A stretch of 60,407 nt of DNA, filler included, from Sphacelaria rigidula (GCA_964200075.2; 5 parts of 5 records of this genome joined end to end with filler, not necessarily neighbours in it), one strand, 5' to 3'; positions 13,565 to 27,200 are shown, counted from the whole stretch's first letter. The notes: a model not told the origin generated them from the letters alone. A program made the numbers and translations.

Positions 13565-13822
13565 TGTGACGAAAATACGCCGTTATGTTGAGTTGGTAGT
13601 GATGATATGGATAATGACTGGGGGCACGGGGATCCTGGAGGGCTCTGGATAATGACCGGGGGCACGGAGATGGTATATATACGTCTAGAAAGCTGGTGCC
13701 CTGGAAGGTCACTCCGATAATATGAGATGTCGTAAAGGCTGACAACTGAAACTGAGGCAAGGAAGGATAGGGAGTCCCTCAACAGCAGTGATCCAGCAGT
13801 TCTGCCACTGCCTGGCGTCATA
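13565..13822 (+). repeat. 5' LTR
   Basis: Colinear and ungapped with 18978-19235, with about 30 mismatches counted by eye. Confidence 0.93.
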
Positions 13823-14167
13823 ATGTCGATATTAATGCTAGTGTTAGTGCTAGAAACCTGCTGGAAAGGAATTCGGCGGAAGGAGTCTGGTAGCTGTGAA
13901 AACCTGATAATCCACGGACGCCTGGAGAGGATTTCAGCTGAGGAGGCTGCAGAAAGGTGGCTGACCTGTGATTGATCCAGAATGGAGACTTGCTGAAGCT
14001 GCGTGCAGCGGGAGCTTGAAGGCTCCTACGACTGTGTTTAGCGGTGACGAAGCAAGGAAAGTGCAATTCGCGAAGGTCCGCTGGCCTGCAAAGGTTCGGA
14101 GGTAGCCGGTTATAGCTACAGCTATGGCTGCCGGCTTACGAGGTACGTCCACCGTGACATCCGTGGT

Positions 14168-17100
14168 CATGCGGGAAGAGTTACGACCTCCCCAATACGG
14201 GGATAGGTACTCAGAGAGTGCATATCGCCCTTTTTTACACGAGGTATTTGGAATACGAGAAGCTTATTGAGCACGCTAAGGTGCCGTGCGGCATCAGGTG
14301 GTGACAATGGCTCAACAAGTGCCAACTCATGTACAGAGAGTGTTCGTTCGTTTGAAACATGATGAGAGCACTATCACCCGCCGTAATTGGTTGCGGCGAT
14401 CGAAAAGTATGCTGGGCATGCGGCGGGCGCCGAGGTAGATCTGATCCAAGCGTCCGCGGCCGTGGCGAAAGCTGTCGCCACGGATTCTCGGGGGAAAACG
14501 ATGTTGGAGCGGGTGGAGCCCATCTTGGCCAATTTGGAGAAGTACTCGGAGAATCACGGAAAATCCGAACGTGGAACTAGTATATCGTTCCCCCGATGGT
14601 GAGTTCATTCCCGGCAAGGCAGCAGTAATGACTAAGGCTTTGGTGGAGGGGTTGGCACCGGAAAAATTCAAGCAAGCGGTGCTTATCAAGTTGCAGCACC
14701 AAACAGACTGGAAGGCCGACCCATACCTGGTAATGAGCACCGTCGTGGCCGAGGCCAAGGAGTGGCAGAAAGTAGAGGTGTTCGGTCAGTCGTCCCCCTC
14801 TTCGCCGAGATCTTTGCGCAACCATGGCTCGGAATCGGCCGGTAGCACCGCGAGTATTACTCGTCACCGCTGTGGCCAGGTCGGCCAGTACACGCGCGAT
14901 TGCCCAACGTCTTTCGGTGGCGAGTCTGGGCAGTCTAGTGCCGCGCGGCATCAGTATGGTCAGCACAAGGGCATAATACGAGGTAATCATGGTGGCGGCG
15001 GCGGATCCTCCGGCAATGGAGGATCGCAAGCGAGCCCTCAGCAGCAGAACCAGCAGCAGCAGAACCAGCAGCAGCAGGGGCAGTGGCGTCAGCATGGGCC
15101 TGGCTCTGGGTCCGGCGCCACCGTACGTGCTGCTGCCCCGCAACGGGCGGTGCAGGTGGCCCCGACTTCTACAGAGTCGAACACTGCGCCGGCGCCGGTG
15201 GTGGCGCCGGCGGCGACGCCGGCAGCAGCGCCAGGCGCGACGCCTGTTGATGTGTTGGTCGGAGGTTCGCCAAATTACTTGTTTGCTGGCTGGGGGACGT
15301 ACCTGCCGGCGGTGCCGCCGTCTTCGCCTGCGCAGCTTGCGCAGCCGTGGCGTCAAGTGGGATTAGCGGCGTATCGGTCGGCGGAAGAAACTCCTGGGGA
15401 GCTTGCCGACAGATACACTCCTTCGGAGTTATGTCTTCCGAATCAACGGCAGCATGGAGCCATTGTGGTTCGGTCTGTATTGGATTCTGGCGCCCATGTC
15501 TCTAGTCTGCCGGTGCAGATGGTTGAGATACTGAAGCGTTAACTCCCGGGTGTGCCGCTGCGCATCCTACTTTCGCTCGGGGCGCGGCAGGCAGTCACCG
15601 CGTCGGGTCAACATGTTGCCGTCACGGAGCGTACTGTTCCGTTGCAGCTAGCCTTCAAGACTGCTTGGGGGCTGGCGCCGTTGCCTCCGATCTCGTTTGC
15701 GATCATGCCAGGGTCAGATGGCCTTGTTCTTCTGGGGCTGTCGACGCTACAGGGTCTAGGAGTCGACCCGTATGAGCGGTTGAAGGACTCCATCAAGACG
15801 CGGATGTCTCCGCCTAGTACGCATGTGGAGACGTCCGCCTTTTTGGGCAATCGTCGCGTGAGCTTGTCGGTGGATGCTTTTGAGGAGGCTGGGGAGCAAA
15901 TGACTGAGGAGCGGGATGCGGCGGTCGAACGCTTAGTGAAGCGCGGCCCGGGCATGTTCATGGACCCGGCGGAAGAGGAGTCCGCTCGGAAGGTCGCGCT
16001 GGAGGAGAGCGTAACGAATGCTGTGGCGAAAGGTCTCAACATTCCCAAAGCGGAACGCCTGCGCGGCATCTTGCATCGCCGCGTCAACGCGTTTCGTCCT
16101 GCGCTGCGGGGTGATCCCCCTGCGGGCGTGGAGCCCATGCATGTTCAGCTGAAACCTGAGGCATCCGCGGTGAAGGCAAAGCCGCGGTGGTATAAGCCGG
16201 TGAAGTCGAGCTGGTTGGCGTCCTGCATGGCGGCTCTTTTGGCGCTTGGGTTGGTAGTCTGGAACCTGCTGGCGGTATGGTCCAGTCCAGCGATGGCGGT
16301 TCCCAAGAAAGACTCGTTTCGCCTGGCAAGCGACTACAAGGCCGTAAATGATCAGGTTGAGAAGTCGCCGGGTGTGATGCCGAATCAAGAGTCGGACATG
16401 CGTGATCTCTTGAGTGCTCGTATTTTTGGAAAGTTGCACCTCCTCCAAGGTTATTGGCAGATGCCGTTGGCGGAGGAGGCGCAGGAGATTTTCACAACCA
16501 CGACCCCGCTAGGCTTGTTCACCTCGAAGCGAGTGCCGCAAGGCGTGTTGAATGCCACGGCATACTTTCAAGGTATCATGACAAAACTGCTTGTCGGCTT
16601 GAAATGCAAGTTATGGGTGGATGATGTGTTTTGTTTTTCGCGGACACGGAAGACGAACTTTTAGACACGGTTGATGTTATCTTGACTCGTTTAGAGGGTG
16701 TTGATTTGTTTGCGGCGGCGCACAAACTCACTTTATTCGCTAGTGAACTCGTATGGTGTGAAAACGTGTGCTCACACGGATGCGTATCTCATGACCCTGT
16801 CAGATTGCAAGTTTTGTCTGACATGCGGCGCCCAGAGACGGCCGCAGAATTCATGCAATTCCTGCAGGCCGCGAATTGGCTGCGTGCCTCGTTGCCCCGT
16901 ATGGTAGAAACCATAGCTCCCTTGCGTTTTTTCCTCGAAGAACTCACGGCGGGTGCTGCGAGGTGGACGAAGCGTGGTGCAAAAAACCGCGCTATTCCGC
17001 CTGCATCGTGGACGGAGGGCAGGTTGCAGGCATGGGCGGCAACGAAGGATCTGTTCGCTCACGCCGTGACGCTGTTCCATCCTCATCCTGATCGTCAGGT

Positions 17101-18903
17101 GCTAATGTTTCCGGATGCACCTGAGTGTCAATGGGGTAGTTTCGTTACGCAGGTGCCTAAAGCGAAAATGCAAAGACGCCTGCCGGCTGAGGACATGACG
17201 CATGGTTCTTGGCCAGTACCGTTACTCGATTTGTCATATTTCGGGTGACCGTGACGCGTGGGGTGACTTGCTTTCGCGTTGGGTGAATATTCCGGCTTTG
17301 CCTGTGCGCGTTGTGGCTGTGTATGGTCCGTGTGAACCTGATGACTCGATGCCGTCCAAATCTATTGTCCGCCAAGCGCAACGAAAAGACCATGGGGCCG
17401 AAGATGCGGATGTGCGATCTTTCGAGTCGAACGTTGGTACTGCTATCTTGGACAACGAAGGCCTGTTTCGTGTGCATGTGCGTGGCCGGAACGTTTTGTG
17501 GATTCCGAGTTGTGACAGGGAGTTGCAGGTACGTCTGATGATTTGCGCGCAACGCCGGGCATCGTGATGTGGCTGCGACGCTTATGCGCTTACAAGAGTT
17601 TTGTGTCTGGCAGGGGATAGAAACTCATGTGCGCGAATTTGTCCGTCAGTGTTCGCTGTGCTGACTCAAGGGCGGGTGATGTGGTGATATGGTTCCCCGC
17701 CCGCTCGGCGAAACGGTCCACGGGGCTACGCCGGACGAAGTCGTTCATTTTGACTTCTTGTACGAGGGCGAGAGTGGCCCACTAGCTTCCCAAGGTTTGT
17801 CGGAATATGCTGGGTTTCGGTACATTTTGGTAATCATGGATGATTTAAGTAATTTTGTGGCTCCGGAATCAGTAGCAGTGTGTACTGCCGAATCGACCGC
17901 TGCATCTTTGTTGTATTAGTGCAAAACTTTGTAAGTGCCGTGTGTGTAGGTGAGTAATACTACCACGCATTTCAAGAATGCGATCTTGGCCCGATTGCGA
18001 GAGGCGTTGCTCGTTGATAATCAGTTTGCGGTAGCGTATTCTCCGTCGTCTAAGGACACGTGCGAACGCATGGTCAAGGAAGTAGTTCATGCTCTTCGCT
18101 CTATTCTTCTTGAGCAGCGTAGAGCGGTTTCCAAGTGGGTGGAAGTTTTGCCGGCGATGCAATGAGCGCTCAATACAGCGTATCGTTATCGGTACGATAC
18201 GACGCCGTACAACGTGATGTTTGTTCGTGCCCCTTGGACGTCTTTCTCGGTGCTGACATCTTCGTCGGCGGGAGAATGGAAGTGTGATGTTCTGGACGAG
18301 GTTCAAATTAAGAGTGCATTGCAAGGAGTCTTGGAATTGCAAGAACATCTCCACGTTCAAGTGCAGGAACGTGTTGCCGCTAAACGTGCGCGTAAACGTG
18401 AGAGGTCCTCGTCGGGGCTGGAATTTGCCGGATTTTGAGGTAGGCGACTATGTCTCGTATGCACGCTTGCGTCGTCCGGGTGTTACACCCAAGTTGATGG
18501 CGACGTGGACTGGTCCATGGAGAGTGGTTGGTGCTCACCATCCGCACGTGTTCGAGATTCAGAACATTTTTTCGGGTCGTGTTCAGATCGCCCATGTAGT
18601 TCGTTTGCGTTTTTATGCAGACGCGCAGCTTAATGTTACGGCTGACGTTAAGGACGTGTTCCAGCATGCTTTCAGCCAGGGCAATTTCAGATGGCTGGTA
18701 TTGTCCGAGTGGCAGAAGCAGATGATCGTTCGTTGATCGTGTTGGTCGACTGGGTTGGTTTCGAAGTTGAGGAGCGTATGTGGGAGCCTTTCAAGGACAT
18801 TTTTGACGCCGCATCGGAATTTCTCACGAAGGAGTTGCGTAAACTGCGCGTGACTCGTGCCGTTGTTGCTCGCATTACGAGTGAGTTTGGTATTCATCTG
18901 TGA
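14168..18903 (+). pseudogene. gag-pol pseudogene of the gypsy element (stops and frameshifts)
   Basis: Degenerate zinc knuckle RHRCGQVGQYTRDC (~14860-14905), protease VLDSGA (~15478-15495), RT motifs LASDYKAVN, LLQGYWQMPL, RVPQG, WVDD (16320-16626), RNase H start FPDA (~17110), integrase VVHFDFLY/YILVIMDDLS and WTGPWRV, and chromodomain VLVDWVGFEVEERMWEP (18740-18790). The 5' boundary is approximate. Confidence 0.92.
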
Positions 18904-18977
18904 CTCATTCATCGTTTTGGCGTTTTCGATGTTTCAAGCTTGTTGATCGATTTTTGCCCAACGCGCTTTGGGGGTGC

Positions 18978-19235
18978 TGTGACAAAAATACGCCGTTACG
19001 ATGAGTTGGTAGTGATGATATGGATAATGACTGGAGGCACGGAGATTATGAAGGATTCTGGATAATGACCGGAGACATGGAGATGGTATCTGTACGTCTA
19101 GTAAGCTGGTGCTCTGGGAGGTCACTCCAATAATATGAGATGCTGTAAAGGCTGACAACTGAAACTGAGGCCAGTAAGACTGGGAAGTCCCTCAACAGCA
19201 GTGATCCAGCCGTTCTGCCACTACCTGGCGTCGCA
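18978..19235 (+). repeat. 3' LTR
   Basis: Matches the 5' LTR and is preceded by a short G-rich tract (tttgggggtgc). Confidence 0.93.
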
Positions 19236-19548
19236 TAGCTCATCCAGGGCAAACGTGCATAGCTCATGCAGCTCTCATAGCTCACCCAGGACGAATGTGA
19301 GCTGATAAGCTACGGGTTGGTAGCTCACCTGTCGCAAACGTGCGTAGATCATATAGCTCCCATAGCTCACCCAGGACGGTATATGAGCTGATGAGCTACG
19401 AGTTGGTAGCTCACGCACGGTAAACATGCGTACCTCATACAGCTCTCATAGCTCACCCCAGGAAAAACATGCGTAGCTCATGTAGCTCTCATAGTTCACC
19501 AGGGAGCTACGCTGAAAAAGAGCTAGCTCGAGCTATAGGGAGCTGATC
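19236..19548. repeat. TAGCTC satellite (right part, resumes in register after the LTR element)
   Basis: Joining ...gggctggTAGC to tcatccagggcaaacgtgc... restores the unit consensus. Confidence 0.9.
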
Positions 19549-19583
19549 TGTCCGGCGTGTGTCAACTTTTGTTGGCCATTCAA

Positions 19584-19767
19584 CGGCGAGAGTAGGTCAT
19601 CTGTTGAATCGGCATTAGTTTCGCTTGAACGAAGTGAGCATGATCCAGATGGACAATCTTCGCGGTCGAAGCGTTGACCCTAACGGCGATTCGGGTAGTC
19701 CATCTGGATCACGCATACTTTTTCAAGTGGAATCGACGCCGATTCAGCAGGTGACCTACCCTCGCCG
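19584..19767. mobile_element. Small hairpin MITE-like element
   Basis: Outer arms cggcgagagtaggtcatctgttgaatcggc and gccgattcagcaggtgacctaccctcgccg; inner arms tgatccagatggac and gtccatctggatca. Confidence 0.75.
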
Positions 19768-21629
19768 GAAAACATTTTATGTGCCCCCGGGTGCACCATC
19801 GGCACCCTGGGATTATAGCAACAACACGTGAGGCTGGTCAGTGCCGCATGACCACGGCCCTGACCGTGGTGACTTGGATCACACTTTCAATCGGAGCCGG
19901 GACAGCCAACGCAGAGTAGAGTAGTACAACAGTAACATGATGTCGCCGTCTCTTTCATCTTTCACTACTCGTCGCGTGGTCGAGTCTCGAAAATAAAAAA
20001 TCCTCCGTGTTGATTGCTGTATTCGTATTGAAACCTTTATTGAAACCTCAAAACTCTATGCTCGCTTACTTCCCTTACTGCCCATCCATGTACGATGCAC
20101 GCAGCGAGAAATTATATGGAGGGAAAACAGCTGCCGCTTTGTGTACCCAGAGGTACAGAGGACCCAAGGTAGAGAGTGTGGTGTGTACCGGAACAGACAA
20201 CATCATGGCGGCTATATTATATATATATATGTGTGTGTGTTCTTGCTTCTTGGTTGTGTTGAGTCTATCAGTACCTCCATGTGCGCCGTGCCGTCTCTAC
20301 AGCAAAATAAATGATGACCTGCATACTGGAGGGTTCATATCAATGCAGGTGCTACATGGAAATCCAACAACAACACAGAGGACCGTACGATGTTGTACAG
20401 ACATTATTAGTGCAATGTCGCCTTATTCTCTTCCTCCTCCCGCGCGTTCCTCCCTTCGTCTATTAGCACAACTACTGTGGTAGATCACAAGGACTTGAAT
20501 TGGCCAGGTATGCCCCGTGCGCTTCCCCGGCGCTCATTTCATCGATCATACATCACGGCTACCACTACACAACAAGAATCTTTTTCTGTTGCAAAACTCC
20601 ATTATTACATTCATGACACCCATGTCAGTCCTTCAACGTTCCTGGCATGAGTACCTCGTGGAGCCTTCGTTGAGTCCGCCTATTGATACAACGATACATA
20701 TACGTGGGCACGTCATGAGTCAGCACAAAGGTATGCCAAGTCCACTCCATACATCTCAACGTTTCTCACGTCTGCTGCCCATCCCCGACCCCGTCTCCCT
20801 ACTGCGCGGGAGAAACGCTCCGCCGAACATCGAGATCAATTTTACTGTAGATCCCTGTCTTGTGCCTCGCCTGGCGTCCCCCCGCTCTCCCCCGGCCTAA
20901 CTCCCTTCGTCGCACCGAACGGATATCTACAGGGCTCGATCTAGGTTGGTAGTGCTGAAGGAAACACTTTCTTAGAAGTGTCTGAGCGGGGACGGGTCCT
21001 CATAGCATTTTACGTAGCCTTCATACCTGCCGTTTTCGTCGTCGTTATTGCAGCTATGATTTAGGGCGGGGAGGGACTAGTATGGAGTTTGGGTTTAGCT
21101 TGTTGAATAGCGAAATACGAGAAGAAGAAAAATACGTAATGTATACGCTGAGATCGAGCAAACATTCGATGATTGGATGAATTGATCGAAAAAGATTCAC
21201 AACTGAATGTACGGGGGAGTCGATTAGCAGACAAGATATATATATATATATATACATATGAATATGTAGAAGACACATCTCTGCAGTGACATACTAGAGA
21301 CTGATGCCACACATGTATGAAGAACCAGAGCAAGCAGGTACAAGGTAGGAGGAACGGTCCGAAAGGACCAGATTACCGAGGACCCTGTAATGCCAACGAT
21401 ACAAGACAACTTGGGGTGATGCCAGGAAGAACCGGATATCAGGACGGACCAACATCCCCCCAGGAACTGGTCGCCCCCCTGGCGATCACTTGTCGTCTCG
21501 CCCAACTTACCTACATATACAAGAAGAATTTATCGCCAGCCTTGGAGTGCCGTCGGCATCAGGACGAAATATCCCAAGACAGTCTGTTCCTTAGTCTGCC
21601 TACCCTAGCGGTACGCCTTCCTCACATAT

Positions 21630-22398
21630 ACTCGCACATATATTCTGTATGGGCAATGGCGTAGAAAATATGTACCTTCTCGTTTTTTGCCTAAGAAAGG
21701 TAAGAAAAATGGCCAGAAACGCGAAAACAGCCAAACACGCCATTTTGACCGTTTTCGGTCCGAATTTTTCACGCACACCATTCGGGGGGGGCATTGGCAC
21801 CCGAGCCTCGAACAAAATACGGGGGGAAAACACGTTACTCGAGAGATATGGCCACTCGAAAACGGACGTTTCGCCTGCAGAAACCACTCACTTTTTGTAG
21901 GCTAAATTTCGTCCAGGTATACCTGATCTGGGAAATATTTCTCTATCGTACCTTATCTGGGCCACCGATCGGCCGAGAACGTACCTGTGCTAGGACATCG
22001 CTCTCTACACTGTACCTGACGCGGCACATCGCGCGCAAGGGAGTCTACGCGCCAACTCCGACCATGGCGCCCACACATCCGGCTCTTTTCCCGCTCATTG
22101 GCCGTTCACGGGCGCCACAACGTCCACAAAAGTGAGCGGTTTCTCGAGGCGAAACGTCCGTTTTCGCGTGGCCACATCTCTCGAGGAACGTGTTTTTTTC
22201 CCCGTATTGTTTTCGATGCTCGGGTGCCAATGCCCCCCCCGAATGGTGTGCGTGAAAAATTCGGACCGAAAACGATCAAAATGGCGTTTCTGGCTGTTTT
22301 CGCGTGTCTGGCCACTTTTCGTACCTTTCTTAGGTAAAACACGAGAAGGTATACCTTTTCTACGCCATTGCCCATACAGTATATATGTACTTCGAGTA
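21630..22398. mobile_element. Non-autonomous element with ~260-bp terminal inverted repeats
   Basis: 21630-21900 is the reverse complement of ~22122-22398 (ctgtatgggcaatggcgtagaaaa... / ...ttttctacgccattgcccatacag), with an ~220-bp spacer. The ORF track shows mirror-image peptides on the two strands. Confidence 0.88.
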
Positions 22399-22453
22399 CA
22401 AGGTTTCCCTTCGGGAGGTTGATACGGGTGTGACGCAAGTCGAAAATACATGG

Positions 22454-23450
22454 TCAAGAGAGGTTGTTGTATCTCAATGTACAATATTGATCGTGGCTGT
22501 ACAACACACTAAATGTGTTATCGGATGGTGGCTCCGGACAAGGTTCACCAACTTGAGTAACACGAATATGAAGGTTGTACAATTGTTGGGCGGCAATGAT
22601 TTCGATATGTGTGGCATATGCGTACGGACGCAACATGAGCTGAAGGTAATGTTGAACGCTATTGTACGTTTGGTCGGAACAACCAGCAGTCCGTATCTGT
22701 TCGAAATCAGTTCCAGCTGAGATTGAAGTGTGCAGTGCCATTCCCTCAGAATCTGGAATTGGATCATCATGAAGGTGTTCGGAAATGTGTGGGATAAGTT
22801 GCACATTCGAACTAAGCTGCCGCCCGTCTTCTCCCGTTGCCCCAAGCTTATAGTCTCAACCTCCGTGACTGACCTATTTGTTTGAGTTGACCGGTCTACA
22901 ATTGCCTTTACACTAGCCTCGCTTGTTCACATTCGTACCCGTTCAACAAACCGCAGATTGTCGCTACGCTCCGATCTTTCACTATGCATCTCTCTGGACA
23001 AAAGAGTGGCTTTGGCTGGCTGTTAAAATGCGTGGAACATTCTTGGCATGTTTGTTCTCACTTGGGAAGCTCGCGGAAATGTTCTTTCAGTGCTTCGCTT
23101 TTTCTCTGCACACAACAGTTGCGTTTTTTCAAACACGGCCAAACGTTCCACCGGGCCTTGTTCATCGGTCCTTTGTTTCACCGGGCCGTTTTTTTTAACG
23201 GGGGCATGTTCTTGCAGTGCTGTCGTTTCCGCTCCACATGAAAGTTTCATTTGTCTGGACATAGGAGTGGTGGTACTTGTCTGAAACGACTGCACATCAC
23301 TGTGGCTTCCACATCACCGGGCGTTTTCTTAAAGCAGGGTGATGGTTTACTGCGGCAAAACATTACTGTGCTGCCGTGCTGCCATGCCTTGTTCAACTCG
23401 CCAACGGCCCATTGCACGGTCTTGCGTTTGCTGCTGGCTGTTGCCAAGGC
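22454..23450 (-). pseudogene. Decayed ORF with C-terminal OTU-like cysteine protease domain and a possible upstream HNH-like motif
   Basis: YLQLMLRPYAYATHIEIIAAQQLYNLHIRV...FSVLYSHDQY resembles the OTU core (Y..M....W...IEI.A...LY...I.V...L.Y...HY). Upstream, NFHVERKRQHCKN...ARWNVWPCLKKRN loosely resembles HNH. There are stops and frameshifts. Confidence 0.5.
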
Positions 23451-24105
23451 AATGTTGAATTGTTTTCAGCTGCTTTGCTCTCATGTTCTCGTGACATTGG
23501 TGGCATCACCGGTGTGTTCGTGCTCCCAAATGAACCAGAACGCGACAAAGAGAAACACGGGGGAAACAATACCCCGCCAAGAGTAATCCTGTTTCAAGTT
23601 TGCCATGATCTTCAAAAGACTTTCGTGGTTCGGGTTCCTGTTTCAAGGTTTCCATGATCTTGAGAAGGCTTTTGTGGTTTGGGATCGACACCCCACGAAA
23701 AAGGGTCAGTTTGAGCGACTTTCGGTGGCCAGAACACGCGCCATAGGTATCAGATGATACCCAAACCTGAACGGTAGTGTACTGCTGACCCTCCTCAGTG
23801 TGCTGCATGAGAAAGCGCGGGATAAAAAATCTTGCTGCTGGAGAAAACGCGGCAAAAGCGGTGAAGCATGCGAAATGATACATGCACATATACACACTGT
23901 ATATAGAGCACATATATATAGTATATATATAGAATATTTCGAACTCACGAACGTCAAGCATACTTTGTAACGAGGCGTCCACGAGATTCAATGCTGATAA
24001 TAGTGTCCAAGTTCCTCCGCCCCCACCCCGGGAGATGACTGTTCGGGCCAATGCCAATGCTAGGGGTCTGGTTAGCAGATTCGTACTTTAATTTGTGCGG
24101 GGGTA

Positions 24106-24205
24106 NNNNNNNNNNNNNNNNNNNNNNNNNNNNNNNNNNNNNNNNNNNNTTAATTAATTAANNNNNNNNNNNNNNNNNNNNNNNNNNNNNNNNNNNNNNN
24201 NNNNN
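24106..24205. other. Artificial contig linker
   Basis: Same N/TTAATTAATTAA spacer. Confidence 0.97.
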
Positions 24206-27200
24206 CACCCAACAACTGGCCCACCCCCCCCCCCCCCTATTGTAGGATGACTCTAGCATCCACCGTGACTCTACTCATTCACGTCTACACGGCAAGATTC
24301 GACCTGTCACGGCTATAGGGCAAGCATGGCGTTGTCTCATCACACGGTGAAATCAGAGCCTACAGGAAAATTGAACAGCTGCGTTACACAGCGAACTCGG
24401 GCGTACAGCAGTTATGGCATCCAAGAATACAGCAAAGCGGTGTAGAGAATCATTTCATCTTCGCATCAACCGTGATGTGGTGTATAAAGCAAGCACCAAG
24501 TTGCCTCATCTCACAGCTCCTTGCACGATCGGCTTTCACATTTCGATCCTGTGCACTCACGCGTGAGGGCAAGTTTTTATTTCAAGGCGTGAGGGAGATC
24601 ACACCGCTTCAACGTTTTCATTGCTGTGTGCGAAATACTTGAACTGCCACGGCGTATAAAGCAAGCACAGCATAGCATGGTCTTTTACGTGGTCGCAGGT
24701 GATACCCCTCCTAGCTTCATGTAACATCGTGTTTCCCCGTATACGCCTTCGTGTGCTTCACTCATTATCTGTTAGGCGGTTCGCCTCTCGGTTACAACGT
24801 GTCAAGGCAAAAGTAAGGTTGGATAGCAGCAGATCGATGATAGTACTTTGGGCGGGGGATTGCACTTTAAAACCCGCTATCCTGTTGAATGCATATACAT
24901 ATGGAACCCCTGTCATGCAACATGCACCCCAATCTTCACTTTGCAGAAATCAAAGCATATGGCGACAGCGGCGTCAGATGTCAACGAGTCCAACGTTACT
25001 CCGTCCAGCGGCAACGCCTAGAGCTTAACCTTGAAGCAGTGGGGTTGAACAACGAATAATCACGTTGGGAGCAAGCAAATGCCGGACGACTGTTGGAAGT
25101 ACGCAAGCATTGGTGCAAATATTTGTGCAATGCAAAAGTCAGTAGTAGTACAGTACAGAACAACACAGTACAGTCGCTTATCATCAGGTGTCCACTCGCA
25201 ACACACAGATTTTCATGTCGCGAAAAACTCAAAATACTCCGCATTTATATGGTGAAATGTACGGGAAGTGCTTAGCTTTGGCTCAACAGTCAAGTGCATC
25301 GATATTGAGCAACATCAGGTAATATCTCGCCGAACAGTAAGGCACGATTGATATAGGATAATGGTGAGGGATAACTGGTAGCATTCGAATGATAACAGTA
25401 CGCCGCATCAGGTTACAGGAAGATGGGTATCAGCCTGATCCATGCACTGTGCAAGCGTTGTGCAAATTCATGTTTGGTGACAGGATGCACACAGCAGATG
25501 ACCTGCTGTAATACAAGTTCAACAGCAAGAGACAGTTCATCAACAGCTTGATTTAACCAGTTTAGGTGGAGGATATCTCTGATTTTTAATAGGGTACAGC
25601 AAGCTCAAATTTAAGCAGGCATCACTGAAACGACATCCTTCCGCACCATGCGATATAGACATACATGCGTGCGCTTATTGCAGACACATCGTAGTCGTGG
25701 ATAAATGCCGTGGACACGCGGCTTCACGTAGATAAGAATAACCCTGCACGCATGCAGTAACTTGATTCAAAGCGACAGCATATGCGCATCAGTTCGGTAT
25801 GTCTCGGGCTGCACAATCAATCCCACGTTTCACAGTAGTGACGGTTCACGAATTTAAATCTAACCCACATGCAGCATGGGCCAAGCGTCATCCCCACGTC
25901 ATCCAGTAAACCGTGGTTTCACTCCAAGCGGGTAGCCTGGTGTTATCAGCATCAGCCATCATTTCCTTTTCCTCCATAGGCTACAGCTTGTTATGGCAGG
26001 GCAAGTTGACTGATGACATCGCCAAGTTCTTCAAACACATGAATCCGAATGATGGACGCAGTGCGGTCAGTTGAACTTTCAAATCCTCCGCAGTTATACT
26101 ATAAAACGTATAGACTATACCGATCTTTCATGTTGACTGTACAGTATGCAACGTGAACACAACCTGAACAGCTGTAGCCGCTGCTACGGGCGCACCCCAA
26201 ACATCAAACTCAGTCGTTTGGCAATAACCGCTGCGTTAACGCTGTGGACACGCCTCTTCAGGTGACACAGCCGACAGCGCGTTCAAGCGCACACGGGATT
26301 GACCGAGGACCAGTTCGTTCATTCGTCATTCTCAGACAGCAAAATTCGTCATCACATGCGGGGTTCTCGTTTGAAGCAAACAACGAACTTTCATATATGA
26401 GGACCGAAACATCACGGTGGCTGATGCGTTGTTGAAGGAGCGCATTTAGGAAAATTGCAAGAGGAGTGATCAACATGTCACAGATGACAACAGTCGACCC
26501 AATAGTCCCGGTTGAAAGCACGCTGATACAAACAGAATAGTGTTGTTCATAGTTGTTGTTGACAACGTATATCACTGCGATGCGAGCCGATGACCTAGAG
26601 CGAACAAACATATAGTTAAGTCAAATCATGCGTAGACAAATGCGTGATGATTAATATATATCATGTTGAATACGCAGGAATACATCGTACTATCCTTATC
26701 CCCCACGCCACGCCACGATCCGTAACAATATCTACTCTACACCCTAAAATATATCCACACATAGTCATGGTACAAGGCTCGAAAAGCAGAAATCCTCCAT
26801 CCAACGAACGCTCCGGGAACGCTATCGGTTGTGCAGATGGACAGTCGATGCGCAGCAGATAAGACAATCAACCATACAACGTTTATCACATCGACTGCTA
26901 TTCAGCACATCGATTTCGATCTTCCAACAAACTGGCGTCTCTCAACGGCTATATCAAAAATTCATATCCAAACGTTGTTTTACTTCCACACATGTATACT
27001 AGAGAGATCCCGAGGCCAGCCCTTGCAAATACCATGACAATAGCCCACTCTGATACGTGAGTTCGCAGAAGCTCGAAGAGCTTCGAAGACTCGCGTTACA
27101 CCACAATCTCCCACACCACAAAAAAGGGGAAGACTGAACACGACAAAGAGCAATGGAGACTTACCCTAGCCTGGCAAACAACCCTTCAGCCTCGGCGCAT

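Larger units (their letters stand above)
13565..19235 (+). mobile_element. Full-length, degenerate Ty3/gypsy LTR retrotransposon with chromodomain
   Basis: 258-bp LTRs at 13565-13822 and 18978-19235 (TGTGAC...GTCATA/GTCGCA). TSD TAGC at 13561-13564 and 19236-19239. Internal order is gag-PR-RT-RH-INT-chromo. Confidence 0.95.

Noticed and set aside
21265-21626. Possible solo LTR (TG...CA)
   Set aside because: No convincing TSD or second copy in the window.
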